Shown: positions 28,516-36,911 of the stretch, one piece after another
Layout of the letters: each line of letters opens with the position of its first letter
Numbering within the stretch: position 1 is the first letter of the stretch
IMG/VR virus record: IMGVR_UViG_3300045988_154943
Location: 1 to 48,444 of that record
DNA: 48,444 nucleotides
DNA from: a virus
Strand: one strand, 5' to 3'
The notes under the pieces: model-generated
Database searches by the model: none
What the model was told of the DNA's origin: nothing
Seen by the model: the letters and a program-made list of their open reading frames with translations, nothing else
Made by a program: the position numbers and the translations under genes

Positions 28516-28701
28516 AATATCATCTCCTTTTCACTACAGTAATTTTACGGTTTACCAACCTTGAATTGAGATTTATTTATATCTACATTGATTACGCTCA
28601 ATGTTAAGCACTTATTTGGCACAGGTTCTAGGTTATGCTCCCAGTTCTTTGGTTTTGGAGACCAATGTTTTTCTGATTAAACTAAACCCATAGGTAAGGG
28701 C

Positions 28702-30282
28702 TTATTGCCCTTGTATTTCTTTTTGTTCTATGTTTTTCATTTTATTTTCTTGATTATCTGTTATATCATTGTCATTAACATTCTTACTTGTACCTAAAGG
28801 TTGTTCTTTACTAGCACCCTGTTGTGATACTTGTTTGCCCCATAATTTTTCTTGGGCTTCAGTAACTGCGTTACTATCACTAAACAAGTTGACAATACTA
28901 TTAGCAAATTCTCTAGGAATATCACAAGCATATAAATTCATTAAGCCTTGTGTCTTAACAAGTAAGTTATCAGACATATCTCTTTGGAATTTAGCATCAA
29001 TATCAACTACTTTTAAGTTTGTTATTCCACTATTAGCAGTATCTCTGCATATTTTAAGAATAACTTTAAGTGAGTTAATATCAGCCATCTTGAACATTGT
29101 TTCATCTGCTTCGGCTCTTATACCAGCAGAAGTGAACCCTTGCCCTGTAAGTTTTGCTTTGCCAGTATCTCCACTAGTAACTGTACCGTTATCTGTAGCA
29201 AGTGGTACTCCTAAGATTTGGAATAATGAAGTTAATAACCTAGTATAGTATGTTTGAGTATCAGTAGCATTTAATCTACCTTGTAATAAGTCTACACTTG
29301 CTTTCTTTTGGTCTGTAGAGTTGATACATACTGCACCCATTTTCTTAATATCTGTTAAATCTTGTTCTGATACTTCTGCATTTGTAAATACCATAATAGC
29401 ATTAACAAATTGTTCCATATCATCTTTATCAAGGCTTTCTAAGTAGTTAATATCATCAAATAGGTCTTTACCTATTTCTATCATTGATATTCTGCCTCTA
29501 TTAAGATAATATTCTGTTATAATATGTTCTCCCCATAAAAGTGGTATTGGTTTACCCTCTCTTTTTAATGCCCCACTCTTAGTACTATAAGTTATCTTCA
29601 TGTTTCTCAAATACACATCATATTGCATATAAGAAACTGGTTTAGTAACTATTTCCTTGTTTTCTGGGTCGATATTTGGGAAGTATTGCATTGGTGTTTC
29701 TATATAAGCAAATAATTGCTCATTACCTAATGCACTTGAATAAACAACTTCTGTATGTTCTGCAGGGCAATTTATAATTTCAAATGGGGCTTCATCTTCA
29801 CTACCCAAAGCGTCTTTATTTACATATCTAAAACCTCTACCACAAGTTAATATATCTTCATACAATAACAAGTCTTTAGTTTGTTTGTTCTCATATCTAA
29901 CGTATTGATTTAATTTAGATATTTCTGCTCCACCTGCGTCATTTAATTGGACATATTGAATAGGTTTCCCTAACAAGAATGCTTTTTTAAATTCAGTTAA
30001 AGCATAAACCCAGTTTTCAGTTGTCTTGTTGTTTATTTCTTCTCTAGTATATTTTACTTTGTTTTTAATATCTTGGTCTCCTAGTAGGTATCTTTTAAGA
30101 TAAATTGTGTCATTTTTATTTTGCTCATGAAATTGTTCAGCATTTTTTAATACTTCAATTATCATTTCATCTCTTTTTTTAGGAGTTGCATTTAATAATT
30201 GTTGTTCTGTGAAATTCCCAAGTATTGTAATCCTACCAAAAGTTTTTTGCATAATTCCACCTACCTTTATAACCTGTACCAA
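28702..30282 (-). CDS. portal protein
   Basis: 526 aa directly after the terminase large subunit. Confidence 0.7.
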   Translation of the reverse strand: MVQVIKVGGIMQKTFGRITILGNFTEQQLLNATPKKRDEMIIEVLKNAEQFHEQNKNDTIYLKRYLLGDQDIKNKVKYTREEINNKTTENWVYALTEFKKAFLLGKPIQYVQLNDAGGAEISKLNQYVRYENKQTKDLLLYEDILTCGRGFRYVNKDALGSEDEAPFEIINCPAEHTEVVYSSALGNEQLFAYIETPMQYFPNIDPENKEIVTKPVSYMQYDVYLRNMKITYSTKSGALKREGKPIPLLWGEHIITEYYLNRGRISMIEIGKDLFDDINYLESLDKDDMEQFVNAIMVFTNAEVSEQDLTDIKKMGAVCINSTDQKKASVDLLQGRLNATDTQTYYTRLLTSLFQILGVPLATDNGTVTSGDTGKAKLTGQGFTSAGIRAEADETMFKMADINSLKVILKICRDTANSGITNLKVVDIDAKFQRDMSDNLLVKTQGLMNLYACDIPREFANSIVNLFSDSNAVTEAQEKLWGKQVSQQGASKEQPLGTSKNVNDNDITDNQENKMKNIEQKEIQGQ

Positions 30283-30339
30283 TTATACTACAAATGTAAA
30301 TCATTTGTCAAATCTATGTAAAACAAATGAAAAAAAGAC

Positions 30340-32118
30340 CTAAAAAGGTCTAATCATAGGTTTTGCTTTAGGTGTATAAGAACCCCCATCAATTATTTCG
30401 TGTGTGAACATACCACAACTATCTGGTGCGTCATCGTTAGGGTTCGTACCAGTATTATTGTAAAGGGTTAAGTTATTCATAAATTGTCCCATTTCGCTTT
30501 GCACACCAATACTATCTTGTTGTGGGAATACTAATTTTCTAATAATATTCCCCTTTTCAAGTTCTATTCTTGCTTTTTTATTTTCACAATTATATTTTTC
30601 TCTTATTTGACAATAGCCAACATCATTTGCTTTTAATATTTTCTCTATATTTTGTTTTAATTCGCTTGTAACATTACTTTCTATTACTAATTCAATGATA
30701 TGGTGTTCCATAATCTTCTCTGCTATTAGATAGTACATATCTTTTGTAGCAGTTCTGGTAAATAAGCAGTCTTTTAAATAATAATCATATACATTCTCAT
30801 TTGGAACTTTAGTAAAAATAGGCATTGCAAAGAAGTCTTTACCACTCTTTCTTGTAGCGTCTATTACTGCATAAGCACCTGAAAAATCAGTTTTTGGAAT
30901 AGTCTCATAAGTCCTTAATTTGCTATAACTAAAGAATAAAGCGTCAGGGTCTGTAGGTCTTTGTTGAAAGTTGGTTTCCCATAAATACTCCTCCATATTA
31001 GACTTTTCTATCAATAGTTCTTTTGTTGTTTTTAATTCAGGGCAAGTAGATAAACCAGTTTCATAATCTAGTGCTGGGACTTGAATAATAACAACACTAC
31101 CATCTTCACTAACCCATGTATATTTATATTTTGGGTGTTTTTTAAATTTATGTCTCTTCTTTTGCAATTTAATCAACAAAGCAATAAAATCTCCACTAGC
31201 CCATAATGTACCAGTAACAACTACTTTTGGTATCATATTTTGTACAAAACGCTTACTCCATACAGTTAAATGCTTATTTAGATAATATTCATTAAGAGTT
31301 TGGCTCATGGCTTCTTTATAATCGGCATATAAGTCATCAATATGTATTCTTTGACTGGCTCTGACACCAACAACATTACTTTGAACTGTCTTAGCATAGT
31401 AACTAGATACAAGTTTACATTGTCTTAACTTCCAGTTGCTTTCAGTTTCTTTCAAAAAGTAGTTCTTTTTATCTTCACTCCAAGCCATTTCAGGGAAAAC
31501 CTCTCCAAACCACTCACTTTTCATTTCATCAATTACAACTCTACTACCACCTTTAACAACATCTTCGTTTGAACAAAGAGATAATACAGTGCCTGATGGG
31601 TCTCTTCCAAAAGACCACGCTTCACTAATTTTTTCTGGGAATGTTTTCCCATAACCACTAGGCATATTTGCTATAACTAAGTGAACATTAGGGTTAATAA
31701 CCACCTCTTCCAAATAGTGAATGTAACCTTTCATAATTTCATATCTAGGTGCAAAAAACCTTTCTGATGGAGTATCTTCCCACTCCCTGTATATGAAATA
31801 ATTTTCAAGTGAGGTTCTTGCACTCATTCTATAAGCATTTTTAAGATATTTCATATATTCTATTGCTCTAGTACCATCTTTATCGAGTTTAACAACTAGG
31901 TTTAATAGTGGTATATATCTCATAGTACTTAATTTGCTACATTTTTCTGAGTTTAAATCATAAAATTTGTTGAAAAGCACATTCATATCGTCCATGATAT
32001 TTTTTAAATCTTGAAATGGCAATTTTTTCTTATTTTTGCTATCAAAGTTTTTATCTAAAAGAGCAAAATATTTTAGAATATAATCTAGGACTTGTTTCTC
32101 GTTCAACTCTTGTTGCAT
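30340..32118 (-). CDS. terL: terminase large subunit
   Basis: P-loop variant ANMPSGYGKTF, C-terminal nuclease motif NPNDDAPDS; 592 aa. Confidence 0.8.
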   Translation of the reverse strand: MQQELNEKQVLDYILKYFALLDKNFDSKNKKKLPFQDLKNIMDDMNVLFNKFYDLNSEKCSKLSTMRYIPLLNLVVKLDKDGTRAIEYMKYLKNAYRMSARTSLENYFIYREWEDTPSERFFAPRYEIMKGYIHYLEEVVINPNVHLVIANMPSGYGKTFPEKISEAWSFGRDPSGTVLSLCSNEDVVKGGSRVVIDEMKSEWFGEVFPEMAWSEDKKNYFLKETESNWKLRQCKLVSSYYAKTVQSNVVGVRASQRIHIDDLYADYKEAMSQTLNEYYLNKHLTVWSKRFVQNMIPKVVVTGTLWASGDFIALLIKLQKKRHKFKKHPKYKYTWVSEDGSVVIIQVPALDYETGLSTCPELKTTKELLIEKSNMEEYLWETNFQQRPTDPDALFFSYSKLRTYETIPKTDFSGAYAVIDATRKSGKDFFAMPIFTKVPNENVYDYYLKDCLFTRTATKDMYYLIAEKIMEHHIIELVIESNVTSELKQNIEKILKANDVGYCQIREKYNCENKKARIELEKGNIIRKLVFPQQDSIGVQSEMGQFMNNLTLYNNTGTNPNDDAPDSCGMFTHEIIDGGSYTPKAKPMIRPF

Positions 32119-32119
32119 A

Positions 32120-32806
32120 TTAGTCCCCCTTTTTCTCTATGAAATCCTTGTATTTTTCCAAGTTAGCATTAATTCTATCAGTATTAACAACTTCTTTATA
32201 AGTTATGTTTACGTTAGGTTGTACTTTTTCAACCATTTCATGTTGTGCTTTTAGTTTGAAAATAGTGCTTTTTTCCCTAACTTGACCCATTTGAGACATA
32301 GTTAAGTTATCATCACCTAATTGGTCGTATATTTTTTCAACAACATTACGCATTTCAATATCACTAGAGTTCCTATATTCTCTTAAAGTTTGATAAGAAA
32401 TGCCTGCTAATTTACAAAATGATAATAAACTAGGTGGGTAATTACCTATTCTATCGTTTATTTCGCTTATTAAATAATTATAATATTCAAACACTATGCC
32501 TAATTTTTCTGCATTATAAATAGGCACTTTGTTATGTAAAGGGCAAATGCTCCTAAAGAAGTAGTTAGATATTACTATAGGCTTTACTTCTACATAAGTA
32601 TCTATTATGTCCCCCTCTTTATTGTAGATAAATTTTTCATGCTTACTAGCATAATTTATCATTTCATTAACTTTTTCTTCTTTAAGTGTGTCTATTGCTT
32701 TTGTTATATCGTTTATTGTACCATTAACATAAAATTCTTCAAGTTCTCTAACTGCTATTTTATTTTGTTCTCTTATTGCTTGATTTTTGTCTTTCAATTC
32801 ATTCAT
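32120..32806 (-). CDS. terS: terminase small subunit
   Basis: 228 aa with HTH-like segment LSFCKLAGISYQTLREY, ATGA-coupled to terL. Confidence 0.5.
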   Translation of the reverse strand: MNELKDKNQAIREQNKIAVRELEEFYVNGTINDITKAIDTLKEEKVNEMINYASKHEKFIYNKEGDIIDTYVEVKPIVISNYFFRSICPLHNKVPIYNAEKLGIVFEYYNYLISEINDRIGNYPPSLLSFCKLAGISYQTLREYRNSSDIEMRNVVEKIYDQLGDDNLTMSQMGQVREKSTIFKLKAQHEMVEKVQPNVNITYKEVVNTDRINANLEKYKDFIEKKGD

Positions 32807-32825
32807 AAAAGCCTCCTCTTATAAA

Positions 32826-32854
32826 ATCATATCATAAAAGCCTCGTTTTGACAA
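32826..32854 (-). promoter_or_regulatory. candidate late promoter TTGTCA-17-TATGAT for terS, -35 overlapping the divergent RusA promoter
   Basis: Minus strand TTGTCAaaacgaggcttttatgaTATGAT; the 13-bp direct repeat TCATAAAAGCCTC occurs twice (32803-32815, 32833-32845). Confidence 0.35.
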
Positions 32855-32876
32855 GTTTGAGAGGAAATGGTACAAT
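32848..32876 (+). promoter_or_regulatory. near-consensus promoter TTGACA-17-TACAAT for RusA
   Basis: TTGACAagtttgagaggaaatggTACAAT followed by an AGGAGG SD and ATG at 32898. Confidence 0.6.
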
Positions 32877-32897
32877 TACCCTAGGAGGATAAAGTTT

Positions 32898-33290
32898 ATG
32901 CGAAATACCCCATTAAAAATCGTTATAGAGGTCATTCCAAGAAGCAAAAAGAACTCACAAGAGATAATATTCAATAAAAAAACTGGCAGAAGAATGGTAA
33001 TTCAAAATAAAAGGTACACAGAATTTGAAAAGGACTGTAAATGGTTCATGCCAAAGTTAGAGAAACCAATTGACTACCCAATTAATTTAAGTTGCCATTT
33101 TTATGTAAATGACGCCAGAAGAAGAGATATAGCAAACTACCTAGAAGCCATACAAGATATTTTAGTTAAATACAAAGTAATAGAAGATGACAACTATAAT
33201 ATAATTGCTTCATTAAATAATTGTAAAATGGAAATAGATAGAATTAACCCACGTTGTGAAATTGAAATAACAAAAAAAGAGACTAATTAA
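32898..33290 (+). CDS. rusA: RusA-family Holliday junction resolvase
   Basis: RRRDIANYLEAIQDILVKYKVIEDDNY parallels E. coli RusA RRDLDNLLKAVLDAL...WEDDSQV catalytic Asp/Lys cluster; 130 aa. Confidence 0.85.
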   Translation: MRNTPLKIVIEVIPRSKKNSQEIIFNKKTGRRMVIQNKRYTEFEKDCKWFMPKLEKPIDYPINLSCHFYVNDARRRDIANYLEAIQDILVKYKVIEDDNYNIIASLNNCKMEIDRINPRCEIEITKKETN

Positions 33291-33303
33291 AAGTCTCTTT
33301 TTC
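33272..33303. terminator. bidirectional rho-independent terminator (AGAGACT/AGTCTCT stem, A-run upstream, T-run downstream)
   Basis: aaaaaaAGAGACTaattaaaAGTCTCTttttc; terminates RusA on the plus strand and the candidate large ncRNA on the minus strand. Confidence 0.7.
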
Positions 33304-34300
33304 TTTGAAACAAGGTTTGTTTCTATAAAAAAAATGAAAAACTAGGAGCATAACCAATTGTACACTCCTTGATAAATTGATTTAGGTATTCCTCACACTA
33401 ATAGAACACAACCAAATTTTCTCAGCCAATAGGAAGTAAAAGTCCTCGTAGGGGGCGACCCTATGTCCTCTTTTACTTTTGGATAACTTTTGCCGTGGGG
33501 CAAAATACCTATAGTAAATCTCTCTTACTCGCTTTCACACACGCTAGGAAATTCTATATTATTTGCGTACCTGCAAACCATAATTAGCATTCTGTCATTT
33601 TCGGATGTAGATTTGTGCTACTCGTACCAGTTTCTAGTGTTATACTCCTGTCGCCAGGTATCAACTACACATTGGTTTATTGGTTTTCCTGCCTAGCCTT
33701 TATGCACCATACATAATAGCATATTCGCAGTGTACTCAGTATATGCTTGTACATACCTTTTCCTGATTACCAACCACTAGTCCTGTGCTTTAAATTCTCT
33801 TATGTTCTACTACTATTATCTCTTTCCACACTTTGTGTGTCTCAACAATAATATTACTATTATCGTACACATAATCCCTCAAAAAATCTCTCTTCTAAGT
33901 AATATGAACGAGATAACATCCTTACCACATTGTGTTGTAGTCTTTCATAAGGTTCTAAATCAACTTGTCAAGGAGCATTCCCTACGACCATAGATAGGGA
34001 ATATACTCTATGTTGAATGTTAATTGTAAGTGCTTACGACATTTTAATAAGCACCATAGAATAATAATAAAGTGTGGATTTGCGCCAACATTTTCTATCT
34101 ACTATATCGAATTGCCTCACTATTTGGCTTCTCTATTATTACTCTATGCTACCTATTAGTAGCACATTATTACTTAAATAATGCCCTAATGGACATCATT
34201 GAGACAATGATATGTATAGTAGAAAGAAGAACCATTGTCTCAATGATGTCCATTAGGTGTCAAATAAGAATACTATGTAAGTTATACCCTTTCGAGTACA
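33300..34300 (-). ncRNA. candidate large (~1 kb) structured non-coding RNA
   Basis: No credible ORF on either strand in a gene-dense genome; visibly GC-enriched relative to flanks; many hairpins including GNRA tetraloops (CCTGgcgaCAGG, tactcGAAAgggta), TTTTGCCgtggGGCAAAA, nested AGTAAAAG...CTTTTACT stem, 24-bp perfect inverted repeat; own promoter at 34307-34335 and terminator at 33272-33303. Confidence 0.5.
34186..34256. repeat. 24-25-bp perfect inverted repeat (long hairpin) with 23-nt loop
   Basis: CTAATGGACATCATTGAGACAATG (34186-34209) and its exact reverse complement (34233-34256). Confidence 0.9.
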
Positions 34301-34306
34301 TATTAA

Positions 34307-34335
34307 GTATATCACAATACTTTTTTATTGTCAAT
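34307..34335 (-). promoter_or_regulatory. promoter TTGACA-17-TATACT driving the ORF-free region
   Basis: Minus strand TTGACAataaaaaagtattgtgaTATACT. Confidence 0.45.
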
Positions 34336-34441
34336 ACAATTTATTTCTTTTAATAATTTAATGCAAAACATAATTAGTTCTTCTTTAGTAAAATTTACTT
34401 TTTTATCAAAATTGCCCTCAAAATGTTCTTTAATAAGCATT

Positions 34442-34723
34442 TTATTCAAGATTTCTATTGCAATATCGTTCATAATTTTTACCTTTCTTTATGTATTTTT
34501 TCAAATTAATGGTATCACTACCATTTAGGAACTCCCAAATCACATCTTTTTGCAATTGGGAACAATAACAATTTGCATAAACAAACCATTTGTACATAGT
34601 TTTGCACTCCAATGTCTCATATAGTCGTTTTATACTAAATGCGTCTCTAACAAAATCTTCATAACTAAAGAATTTCATAGTATCTCTTACAAATTTGCAT
34701 TCCATTATCTCTTCTCTCGTCAT
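34442..34723 (-). CDS. hypothetical protein
   Basis: 93-aa ORF, last gene of the 41.0-34.4 kb operon. Confidence 0.45.
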   Translation of the reverse strand: MTREEIMECKFVRDTMKFFSYEDFVRDAFSIKRLYETLECKTMYKWFVYANCYCSQLQKDVIWEFLNGSDTINLKKYIKKGKNYERYCNRNLE

Positions 34724-35121
34724 AAGTCTATCCTTTCTTTAACGTATTCTCTTCTAATCAATAAATGTCCCTTTTTAGTTCTATCTCTATCATGCTCTCT
34801 TTCAAAATACAATAGCAAGTCTCTAATTTTCTTCAAATTTTCAATATCTACTCTTCTTTTAATGTTTTCATCAATTAATTCGCTTGTTATTAGATAAAAT
34901 ATTTCAGGGTCAACTCTTTCCAGAATATGCAAATAATTGTGTGAAGTGTTTTGCCTCAATATCGCTCCATTTTCAAATGTCATTAGCCCACCATTTTTAT
35001 TCGCTATAATCATATGATGATATGAAAGTTGTTTTGTATTATTAAATGTGTATCCCATTTGGTCGTAGCCTAACTTATTCAATTTAAAAGTCTTTATCAT
35101 TTCTCTAGTGATTTCTTTCAT
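34720..35121 (-). CDS. hypothetical protein
   Basis: 133-aa ORF, overlapping stops and starts. Confidence 0.45.
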   Translation of the reverse strand: MKEITREMIKTFKLNKLGYDQMGYTFNNTKQLSYHHMIIANKNGGLMTFENGAILRQNTSHNYLHILERVDPEIFYLITSELIDENIKRRVDIENLKKIRDLLLYFEREHDRDRTKKGHLLIRREYVKERIDL

Positions 35122-35389
35122 ATTCAGACACCATATCTTTCAACTTTTCTTTTCTTTTGTTAGAAGAATATTCTCTGCCTTTTGCACAATAAGGACATGA
35201 ACCATGATTTCTACACGTTGGGTCTATTCTTTTACTGCCATAATATGGTTTTCTCTTTTCTTTACCATGCTCTATCGCCTTTTCAAAACTCATTATCTTC
35301 GCCTCCTGCTTAGCCCAATTTAAAAGACACAAAAAACCTGTGCCTAAAATCGTTAAAGTTATAAATAGTATACTTATTATTGTTTCCAT
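35105..35389 (-). CDS. membrane-anchored zinc-ribbon protein
   Basis: N-terminal TM helix; C-terminal CRNHGSCPYC zinc-ribbon-like motif. Confidence 0.4.
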   Translation of the reverse strand: METIISILFITLTILGTGFLCLLNWAKQEAKIMSFEKAIEHGKEKRKPYYGSKRIDPTCRNHGSCPYCAKGREYSSNKRKEKLKDMVSEYERNH

Positions 35390-35630
35390 ACTATCACCTA
35401 AGTATAGTATATCACATTTTTAAGCAAAATAAAAGAGGTTATTTTATGCCTCTCTTAAATTATTATTGTTATTCCTACGAAGATTAAATCAAATTGAACT
35501 GCAAAACCTAAGTCTGTCTTACCTATTAATACTCCAATTGAATAATCTTTAAAATAACAAAAGTTGTGTATTAACAAATGTTTATTAAATCGTTTTGCTG
35601 CCCATTTCATCTAATCAACCTCATTTTCAT

Positions 35631-35861
35631 TTACTCATCACTCTCTACTTTTTCTATTTTTATAATTAAATTTGTAATTTCGGCTTCATATGCACTTCTA
35701 AAAGCAATATCTATTGTTGTATGTTTTAATACATCTTCCAAACATTGATTATATGTTTTAAAACCATCTTTAGCAGTTGATACATCAGTATCGTCATAAA
35801 ATTTTTTTATAGTCCATTTATACATTACTATCACTTCCTTTACATTCTTCATAATGTTCAT
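35631..35861 (-). CDS. hypothetical protein
   Basis: 76-aa ORF. Confidence 0.4.
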   Translation of the reverse strand: MNIMKNVKEVIVMYKWTIKKFYDDTDVSTAKDGFKTYNQCLEDVLKHTTIDIAFRSAYEAEITNLIIKIEKVESDE

Positions 35862-36096
35862 TGCAATTCATACTTACAACACTATCAATTCTATTATTTT
35901 TTATACATTGATATCTACAACCATCTCCACAACTACAAACATCATATAATTGATAATTTTTACATTTATAGCAATTTTTTTTACCTATTTTTTTTATTTC
36001 TTCAATTATTATTTTTATAATAGATATTGCTATAATTAATAGAATTATAGATATAATAATAATGTCAGTTAAATTAATTACTATCATTAATATCAC
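35818..36096 (-). CDS. membrane-anchored Cys-rich small protein
   Basis: Ile-rich TM helix then CYKCKN..CSCGDGCRYQC. Confidence 0.35.
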   Translation of the reverse strand: MILMIVINLTDIIIISIILLIIAISIIKIIIEEIKKIGKKNCYKCKNYQLYDVCSCGDGCRYQCIKNNRIDSVVSMNCNEHYEECKGSDSNV

Positions 36097-36478
36097 TTCC
36101 TTTTTCTATTTCTTGCATTATATCTAAAATTGTTTCTACAAAATCTTTATCATCAGCATCACAACTATTCATAACATCTTTAAGACATTCTTTTAACTTA
36201 TTCCAATTATCCTTTAAACTTCCTGCATATGCTTTAACATCATCAAATAATGCGTCTTCATCTAATCCTAGTGTTTGTGTTATATCTTCCATTTCTAGTC
36301 TAAATGTTTCTTCATTATCTTGAGTTACTAATAATTGTTCTTTTAGTTGTTGGTTTTCTTGTTGTAACTCTTTTATGTACGATACTAATAAATTACTTTC
36401 TGTAGGTGTTAGTGAATAGTCGAATATGCCGAAACAATTCTCTAAATTAGTAATTATTTTATTTATTTCTTTATTCAT
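36074..36478 (-). CDS. hypothetical acidic protein
   Basis: 134-aa ORF. Confidence 0.4.
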   Translation of the reverse strand: MNKEINKIITNLENCFGIFDYSLTPTESNLLVSYIKELQQENQQLKEQLLVTQDNEETFRLEMEDITQTLGLDEDALFDDVKAYAGSLKDNWNKLKECLKDVMNSCDADDKDFVETILDIMQEIEKGSDINDSN

Positions 36479-36708
36479 TCTGACACCTCTTTTAATATAT
36501 CTAATAAATAATCTCTTTGTCTTTCTCTCATGATAATTGTGTCTTCTTCAATTGGCACGAATTTTTCTAAATACATTATTGTCTTATAAATCGCTTCTTT
36601 TTGTTTTTTACATTGTTGTTCAAACAAATAAAACATATTATCAACAACTTCAACAGGTATCATATAATAATCACGAATTTTATATTTTTCTAATTCTTCT
36701 CTATTCAT
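36475..36708 (-). CDS. hypothetical protein
   Basis: 77-aa ORF, coupled. Confidence 0.4.
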   Translation of the reverse strand: MNREELEKYKIRDYYMIPVEVVDNMFYLFEQQCKKQKEAIYKTIMYLEKFVPIEEDTIIMRERQRDYLLDILKEVSE

Positions 36709-36911
36709 TATTCCTCACCTTTGCTTTCTAAATTAACAAGTCTTTGTTGTTCTATTTCTCCTAAATATTGTATTTTAGCAATAAACTCATATAACTGTTC
36801 TATTTCTGCCTCTAATATTTTTATTTTAGTTTCTTTTACTTTTACTTCTTTTTGCATATCATTATCTAATCTTTTAATATTTTCAAGTAAAGTAAATTCT
36901 TCTTTTTTCAT
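36708..36911 (-). CDS. hypothetical coiled-coil protein
   Basis: 67-aa ORF, coupled. Confidence 0.4.
   Translation of the reverse strand: MKKEEFTLLENIKRLDNDMQKEVKVKETKIKILEAEIEQLYEFIAKIQYLGEIEQQRLVNLESKGEE

Noticed and set aside
30283-30339. Weak hairpin plus T-run between terL and portal as a terminator
   Set aside because: Only a 5-bp A/T-rich stem. More likely a leaky attenuator or coincidence inside an operon that must be co-transcribed.
33400-33700. tRNA genes in the noncoding blocks (expected near GOLLD/ROOL-type RNAs)
   Set aside because: No T-loop (GTTCGAATC/GTTCAAATC) or cloverleaf-compatible motifs found by eye on either strand. Cannot be excluded without tRNAscan.
33490-34353. 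Plus-strand ORFs of 68, 63 and 93 aa (33490-33696, 33802-33993, 34072-34353) inside the large noncoding block
   Set aside because: No ribosome-binding sites, atypical hydrophobic low-complexity translations, and placement inside a hairpin-dense region. Interpreted as chance ORFs across a structured RNA locus.
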